Shown in pieces: positions 57,320 through 64,000 of a stretch of DNA of 64,000 nucleotides (within the stretch, counting starts at the first letter, position 1; every line of letters starts with the position of its first letter). The notes under the pieces were generated by a model. That model did not search any database. It had not been told where the DNA came from and saw nothing but the letters and a program-made list of their open reading frames with translations. Made by a program: the position numbers and the translations under genes. Origin of the DNA: Macrostomum hystrix (Eukaryota; Animalia; Platyhelminthes); assembly GCA_950097015.1 (NCBI GenBank), contig CATNEN010000007.1, positions 4,960,001 through 5,024,000 on the forward strand, written 5' to 3'.

Positions 57320-59450
57320 CTAAGCTGGCTCATCTTGCTTCAGCTTATGCAGTGCATTCAACCCAAGTACTTTCCCACCTGATTCTTCAAGCATTTTGTC
57401 GAAAGCACGGTTGAACGCTGCGTCCTCCGCTTCAGACCACTTGACATGCACCTGCTTCAGTTTCCGGTTCTTCTTCTTGCTAATTTTAGACGGAGGTTCG
57501 TAGGAAAAATCATTCTCGGCCGATTCAGACGGATAATTTAAATGCGAATTCGTCGCTCGCTTGCTCTTTCTCTTAGTTTCTTTAAATTGCTTCACAGAAA
57601 AGTACAGAAAGCGGTGCACCCCAAAAATCCAGCTCCATTGTCTGCTTTTCGTCATAATGTTCTGATGCTGCTCCGGAGGTCTTGAGACATGGACGCTTTG
57701 ATTTTCTTTCGGTAGAATTTGCTGGTTGTGGTCACTTTCTAATCAAAACCGACCTGCTACTCGCAGTTTTACTGCTGCCTTCTTCATTCTCATTTCAAGA
57801 CTTTGCTGACTTCGTTGTCTTGGAAACCACTTTCGCCTCTTTCGAGTCATCCAAGTCAACGTCAATGTCATCAACCTCGATTTCCTCTAGTTTCTTTCCT
57901 TTCAGCTGATCTAGCTTCCCAGATTCAATCGCAAGCATCAGCTTTCCGACTTTTGCTAACTCGATTGTTCGCCTCATGAATTCGATAAAATGTATGATGT
58001 ACTTGGAGGCTGTGGCCTAGATGTCTGGACAGCCAGCCTAATTCGTTTTCATTCAATTCGAGGATTTGTGACACTGTTGTCACATATTTCCTCAGTTTTG
58101 TAGACGTTAAGCGTTCAGGATGTTTTAGGTCTGCACACTTTGAAGTGACATATTGAATGGCTTCAAACGGTGATAGCTCGTAGATAACGCATTCCGTTGA
58201 GCATGCCAAAAACGTACTCGTTGCCCGTTGGTGAATGGCGCGTGCTTATGAGCTTATCTATTAGAGTGGCCACCTCTAGGGGCACGAGCAGAGGAACCTT
58301 TTTTCTGCTCGTTTGCCGTGGACATACGGAAGAAACATTCGCCCTTTAATTTTTAACTCAAGCTCACTGAGTAGAGAGTCAGTAGTGTCGTCATCTTCTT
58401 GATCGAGCTTTTTTGCTGCTTCCCAGTCTTTAAGCGTCAATTTGAAGGTTTCTGACGCTCGCCTTCTGTTCAAAATCATGAGGCGGACTGCAACTAGCTC
58501 AGCAACGTTTTTCCAGTAGGCAGGTTCGGTTAGATTATCATCAGCAACCTGTGCCAGCGCCTGCTTAAAATGGCATGTGATGGTCCTAATGTCCTCCGTC
58601 AATGGCAGAGTTTCGGCTTTGTCCGCTTTTCTTTCCTTTAAAGTTAAATGTGCGATGGTAGTAACTTTTCGCTTCCAAAGACTCTCAAAGACGGAAATAA
58701 AGTTTCTTCTTTCCTCAACCTTTGATTTAAGATCGCTTTTTAAGGCGAAAACCATGGAGACTTTGGCAGCCGTCTTCAGGCTAAAGCCGATTTTTAGCGC
58801 AATCGAATGAATGTCAAAGCTGTCAGATGTCGCTTCGCTTTTCTTGCTCATAAATCCTGCGGCTGTTCTTGTCGCCTCAACAAGATCATCGAAATGACGA
58901 GCGGTTAGTGAATTCTCCAAATCAATGGACGGCTTCTCTACACGATCTCTAAACGCTACTAACAAGCGTGAAAGCTCCCTCATCTTAGTCGAAACAATCT
59001 GTCGGCCTGTCTTTCCAGCTGTGTAGCCTTCAAACCAAAAGTGTCCAAGACTTAAAATTAATTTGTCAGAGCGGACGACTGTGGAAAGATGGTCCTTTTT
59101 CATTCGGCTGAGCAGATCTTGGTATTCTTAAGGAAATGTTGAAGGGAGGCACGACGCCAGCAACAGACAATTTCCTTGCGAAGCAGCATCCGAACGACTT
59201 GTAGATTTCGAGTTGAGTCTAAATTTGCAGCGGTCCCAGGGTCGACTTATTTCGCGTCCATAAAAAATCCAAAGCAGTGAACACAAGGCAGATAGGTATG
59301 TACTTCCACAGACTCCATGGTCACGCTTTTCTCCCGACAGACAATAATTTTACCGTCCTTTTCATCCTTCAGTACAGCAATGTTGTGATGAAAATCGCAT
59401 AGAAGTCGTAGTCTGTCCATCTCCCGATTGTAACCTAACAGAGGAATTAC
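57320..59450 (-). pseudogene. Second-family YR, copy A, frameshifted, with C-terminal Myb-like segment
   Basis: YLPCVHCFGFF N-terminal motif; MILNRRRASE (R); TSTKLRKY; HLGHSLQVHHTFYR (H, Y); ELAKVGKLMLAIE; KWSEAEDAAF. Confidence 0.8.
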
Positions 59451-60649
59451 AAAAATGCAGCCAATTAATACACGATACGATCACAAAAAAATAATAATTG
59501 ATTTTTATCTAATACGAGCTGTGTAGCCTCGTAATTGAAATTATACATCTAGAGGCTCTTAATAGAACCTGTTGCGCAATACTCAAGCACGAGTACATTC
59601 TGACTTGCCTCAGACAAAATTAAGAATAGCTAGTCTTTAATAGATAAGAAAACACAAAAATCTTAACTACGCTCGTATTTATTAAAACAATCTAGACAAT
59701 CTAAACAAAAAAGCTGCTTTAACTTAGACGATGAAAGAAACTTAAAACTTAACTAAAAGAAGCAGATCAACTTAGACTTACCATCTGAATTAGAATCATA
59801 CGAAAGCGCGCGCTGCACGTCCAGTTGATCACTATGACAACGAAAGATATGCCTTCGTATTTTAGAAAACAGCTGATTACAAAAACGCAATTGTGGCGCT
59901 TCTTCTCAAATGATCGGCCGTTCATCTTCTTCTGTGCATTTAACTCAATTTTTTTCATTTTCATCAGCACTCATTTGAAGAGCTGGATGTAGTTCTGACG
60001 ACAACTCCTCGAGCTCAACGTCGCTAAAGTTGAATTCAGGCCCACCATCAACATTGCCAGCAGCAGTACTTTATTCAACACAGGAATTCATCACCTTCTC
60101 AAACTTTTCGTCGTCATCTAAATCACTTACTTTGCTTTCATCGCTCTCATCTAAGTCAACTTTTAATTTTCTAAAGCGAGCAACACCTCCTAACTGCAAC
60201 TTATTCATAACACGACTTCTAAGATCAGTGAGCCTTGAATTTGAAACTTCATTAGTCGACGGGACATTCATCCTCGTAGTCTGCTTCAAGGGAGGACGTC
60301 CGAATGAAGAATTCTGGAGCGCCAAGTTACTGGGAGAGTTCTTCTTGCCTCTAGTATGCTTTTTCTGAGTCTGAAGAGCAGTCGCTGACTCTTGAGTAGC
60401 TGTCGTCAACCTGGCCGATGCTGAGGGCTGTTCACGCGACTTCTGAACTGATGTCGGCTAGGTCACCCCTTCTCTAAACTCGGCTCATCGCGAGACGCGC
60501 ACAGCTCGCTGTCGAAAGCGTCAGCATCAGTAGGTACATTGGAAGATCCCTCTGCTTGTGGGATGGTCACGTCGCTGTCCATCTGCACAATGATTGATTT
60601 CGATGAACTTGTGTAAAAATATAACGCTAAGATACTGACAAACACATTA

Positions 60650-60935
60650 TGACTCAATGAGGGTTTAGCTGGACCCTGCGTCTGAAAGTCTGTGTGGCAG
60701 TCGGTGCTTGAAGCACGCACAGTCAATGTGAGCGAGATTCCATGAGGGTTTAGATGGACCCCACGTCTGAAAGTCTGTTTGGCAGTCGCTGCTTGTAGTA
60801 CTTATTTTGAACGAGATTCAATGAGTGTCTAGCTGGAACCCACTTCTGAAAGTCTGTTTGGCAATCGTTCTTACAGCACTTCAAGTTTGTGAACTGGATT
60901 CAAAGAGGGTTTAGCTGGACCCCGCCTTTGAAATA
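60650..60935 (+). repeat. ~80-85 bp degenerate tandem repeat, ~4 copies
   Basis: GAGGGTTTAG(C/A)TGGACCC..TCTGAAAGTCTG at ~60660, 60744, 60823, 60905. Confidence 0.75.
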
Positions 60936-62643
60936 GGAATGTCTCGAATGAAATTGGGTCTCGACATTCGATTGTGAATTAAGGAGCATTACATCTAAGT
61001 AGCACTAAAGTCAGCAGTTCCTACATTCATTGCTTTGTCCTGCTCGTTTGGTGGGAAGCATTTTTCTGAAATGTTTTGATATTGATGGATTTTGAAAGTC
61101 AGTTTGCTTGGATTGTATTTGATGGTGAATTATCTGACAATGGTTATGACATGTGATCACCAATATTTTTTACCACAAGATGAATGCTGACATAGAATAA
61201 CACTTGTTGGTATGTTGCTTCGTGGCTCCCAAGAATTTTGATTGCTGGAATATAAAAGCACTGTTTATTAGCCGAACACATGGGAATATGCAAACAACTC
61301 TCAATAGTATATAGAAGGAATGGAGTGCAGTGGTAAATAAGTATTTTGAAATTCACCTAGAATATCCTTTCCACTTTATGTAGAGCTTCTTTTCTGTGCA
61401 CTTGATAATCCTTTCAGCGTAGAAACGCCTACTATATAAGGGGCTTTTTCTTCTGCATGCTGGCGTGTAAGGACAACTAGTTGACAGAATCAGTCTGTGA
61501 GGTCAACTAAATCATTTGAAATCTTGTTTTTAGGATTGGGGATTGGTGTCTGTTGTTGTGGTTAGGATGATGTTTATGTAGACCCTCCATCTTTGATTAT
61601 GACTCAGCCAGCTACGGACCAATTAGAGCCCATCGGGAGGAAGAGAAGGGAATGGCCAACGTTCAGACGGACGGATAGAAAGGAATGGAAGAAGGGTTGA
61701 ATGGGTTTAGACACCCCATCATTGACTGTCCGTTTAAACACAGGATTGGCTGATGAACTAGCTGTTTTGGGGTTGGCTTGGACCTCAGTCAGGAGGTTTC
61801 TTAACTTCATTATCTAGCCCATAGGCTGCCGACACTACAAACGTTTGAATGTGAAGCACAAAAACTATTTTTGGAGTCCGTGCCTTAAGCAAGGAAGGCA
61901 GTTGTCTTTTTTGTCTCCTTAAATTAAGCAGTGCTGCAAATGCAGTCATTCGAAATTATTTAGATCATGGCCTTCAATCAGGGTTCTCTAAAACCAACAC
62001 TATGAAGCATTTGTTTCAAGTATGATAGCAACAGGACAATATGTGAACCATTTGAGTTCATAAATCACAATAAATAAACATCTAATCTTTAGTTATTGTG
62101 GACTGCATCGCAGTTTCCTTCGTATGCTCATGGAGTATATGTTAATCTAGTTTTACAATCCACTCACTTCAGCCAGTTCAGCAAGCTCTGCAACTCAGAA
62201 ACGCCACAATGTATTAAAATATTTTCTCAAAAGTGCTTAAATATGCATCCTGAAGAGCTCTGTCATGAAGCAAAGAACTATTCATACAAACAAAACATAC
62301 ACTTTGTTTGTATGAATTTCGTCTATTTTTGGGTTAGGTGGACCTCGGCGATGTGGTTTAGGTGGGCGGAGTAAAAGGTCCTTGTAAACAACAATACTCA
62401 TTACTTAAAATCTAAACTACTTTAAGTAGAGGGACGTTGACCACTGCAATGGCTGCCTTTTAGACTATGCACTCGGTCAAGCTAACCCCCCTCTGTACTT
62501 TCCATTAAAGAAATATGAAGTGGTCCACTTAAATGGTCCATGCAATCGAAAGGTCCCGCTAACGAGGCTTTTAAACCGACGAAGAGTCTACACAAACACA
62601 CACACTAACACAGACAGACAGACGGCCGCCCGTATCTCCGCAG

Positions 62644-63604
62644 ATAATCGGGCGCAACATCGGCATGGCCACCCATGCCAACAAGGACGGCAATCCAATC
62701 CTGAGTCGGCAGGCCCTGCTTGTCAGCGCCCACGAGCTCGGCCACAACATGGGCTCTGAGCACGACCCGTTGGCGGACGACCAGCCCAACCCGTGCAGCC
62801 CGTCCTGGTCAGCTGGCGGTCCCTACCTCATGTACCAGATTGCGGTCACTGGCAATGCGCCGCACCACAGCCAGTTCTCAGAATGCAGCAGGAAGCAGAT
62901 CGCCTTGGTGATCAAGGTGAGTGGGCGGAACGAATCAGAAGGATCAGGGTTTTCCGACCAATCAGAAAGCGTGGTCTAACGCATTTGCCTTATGCACTAA
63001 AGTCCCTGAGCTAGATTACGAAGCGAGACCAGATTTATTTGGCGCGCAGCCGTGGAGAGAAGTCTTTGGGGGCTTGTCGTGCAATTTACGCCTTTGAGGG
63101 CTAACCTCCAAGACACTGAAAGTGTACACTGCCTGACAATGAGAAAGTCAGGGCAGATGTACACACCTGTGAGTGTGTGCCTGCGCGTACAGTATCTGCG
63201 TAACCTGCTAAGTAAGGAGTATTTAGCAGGTGTAACTAGCAATGTTCATTTTCGTAGGCCCGCCAGCTCAGCAACTGCTTCCGAGAGCCGCGCAACAGCA
63301 GCCTGTGCGGCAACTACAAGCTGGAGGAGGGCGAGCAGTGCGACCCCGGGCCTGTGGAGGACCTCTGCTGCACCTCCGGGGGCTGCAGGCTGAAGCCTGG
63401 CGCTGTCTGCAGCGATGCTAACTCGCCCTGCTGCAACAACTGTCAGTTCGCCAGTCCCAGCGTCCTCTGCCTGCGAAATTCGCCGCTGAATCCCTGCCAG
63501 CAGGACACCAACTGCACCGGCCGCAGCGCCGACTGCCCGAAGCCGGCCAACGCCGCCGATGGAACCACCTGCCAGTTTAATGTTGGGATCTGCGCAGCTG
63601 GGCG
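62644..63604 (+). CDS. ADAM17: ADAM17-like metalloprotease, exons 8-9 (zinc site, disintegrin); continues beyond window
   Basis: Exons 62644-62916 (HELGHNMGSEHD, Met-turn YLMY) and 63258-63604 (CGNYKLEEGEQCD, CSDANSPCC); in phase with exon 7 across the 53630-62643 intron. Confidence 0.88.
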
Positions 63605-63724
63605 GTGAGAAATTTACGATTTCTGAATGCTTTTTAATTGACAATTTGGGGCTTTTCAAACTTCCAGTGGTAAGAATTCGGTTTTATCAATGAGTCTAAG
63701 GCACCCTATTCCCTAGAGTTCGAA

Positions 63725-64000
63725 TCTTAAGCACACTATTCCCTACCTTAGGGACACCTTATTCCCTAACTTATGGACACCTTATTCCCTACCTAAGGGA
63801 CACCTTATTCCCTAACTTATGGACACCTTATTCCCTACCTAAGGGACACCTTATTCCCTACCTTATGGACACCTTATTCCCTACTTTATGGACACCTTAT
63901 TCCCTACCTAAGGGACACCTTATTCCCTACCTTATGGACACCTTATTCCCTACCTAAGGGACACCTTATTCCCTACCTTATGGACACCTTATTCCCTACC
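63725..64000 (+). repeat. 23-bp satellite with alternating monomers (CTTATTCCCTACCTAAGGGACAC / CTTATTCCCTAACTTATGGACAC)
   Basis: CTTATTCCC at 63781, 63804 etc.; runs off the window end. Confidence 0.93.

Overview
Eukaryotic (invertebrate metazoan, spliceosomal introns) genomic DNA; a flatworm such as Macrostomum is plausible but cannot be established from sequence alone. 1-20 kb is transposon-dense: a 58-59 bp satellite carrying a Harbinger derivative, a 443-bp tandem repeat fused to a truncated CsRn1-type Gypsy element, Tc1/mariner elements, and six diverged Crypton-like tyrosine-recombinase (YR) genes or fragments, all on the minus strand. Between 8.4 and 16.2 kb these form a head-to-tail array of cassettes delimited by a GTCTATGG core, with ~1.8-1.95 kb YR cassettes alternating with 90-220 bp hairpin mini-cassettes. 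This integron-like architecture is the main candidate for an undescribed system. A G-rich minisatellite with foldback cassettes and a captured 18S rRNA 3' fragment follows. Host genes: a VASt/Aster (GRAMD1-like) gene, an unknown ORF, an SPT small subunit, FIS1, KIN17 and an ADAM17-like protease whose 9-kb intron holds an RTE fragment and two copies of a second YR family. Three unrelated 23-bp satellites, an 18-bp array and a Merlin transposon interrupted by a hAT MITE make up much of the rest. Family assignments come from recognising motifs by eye; no database search was run.
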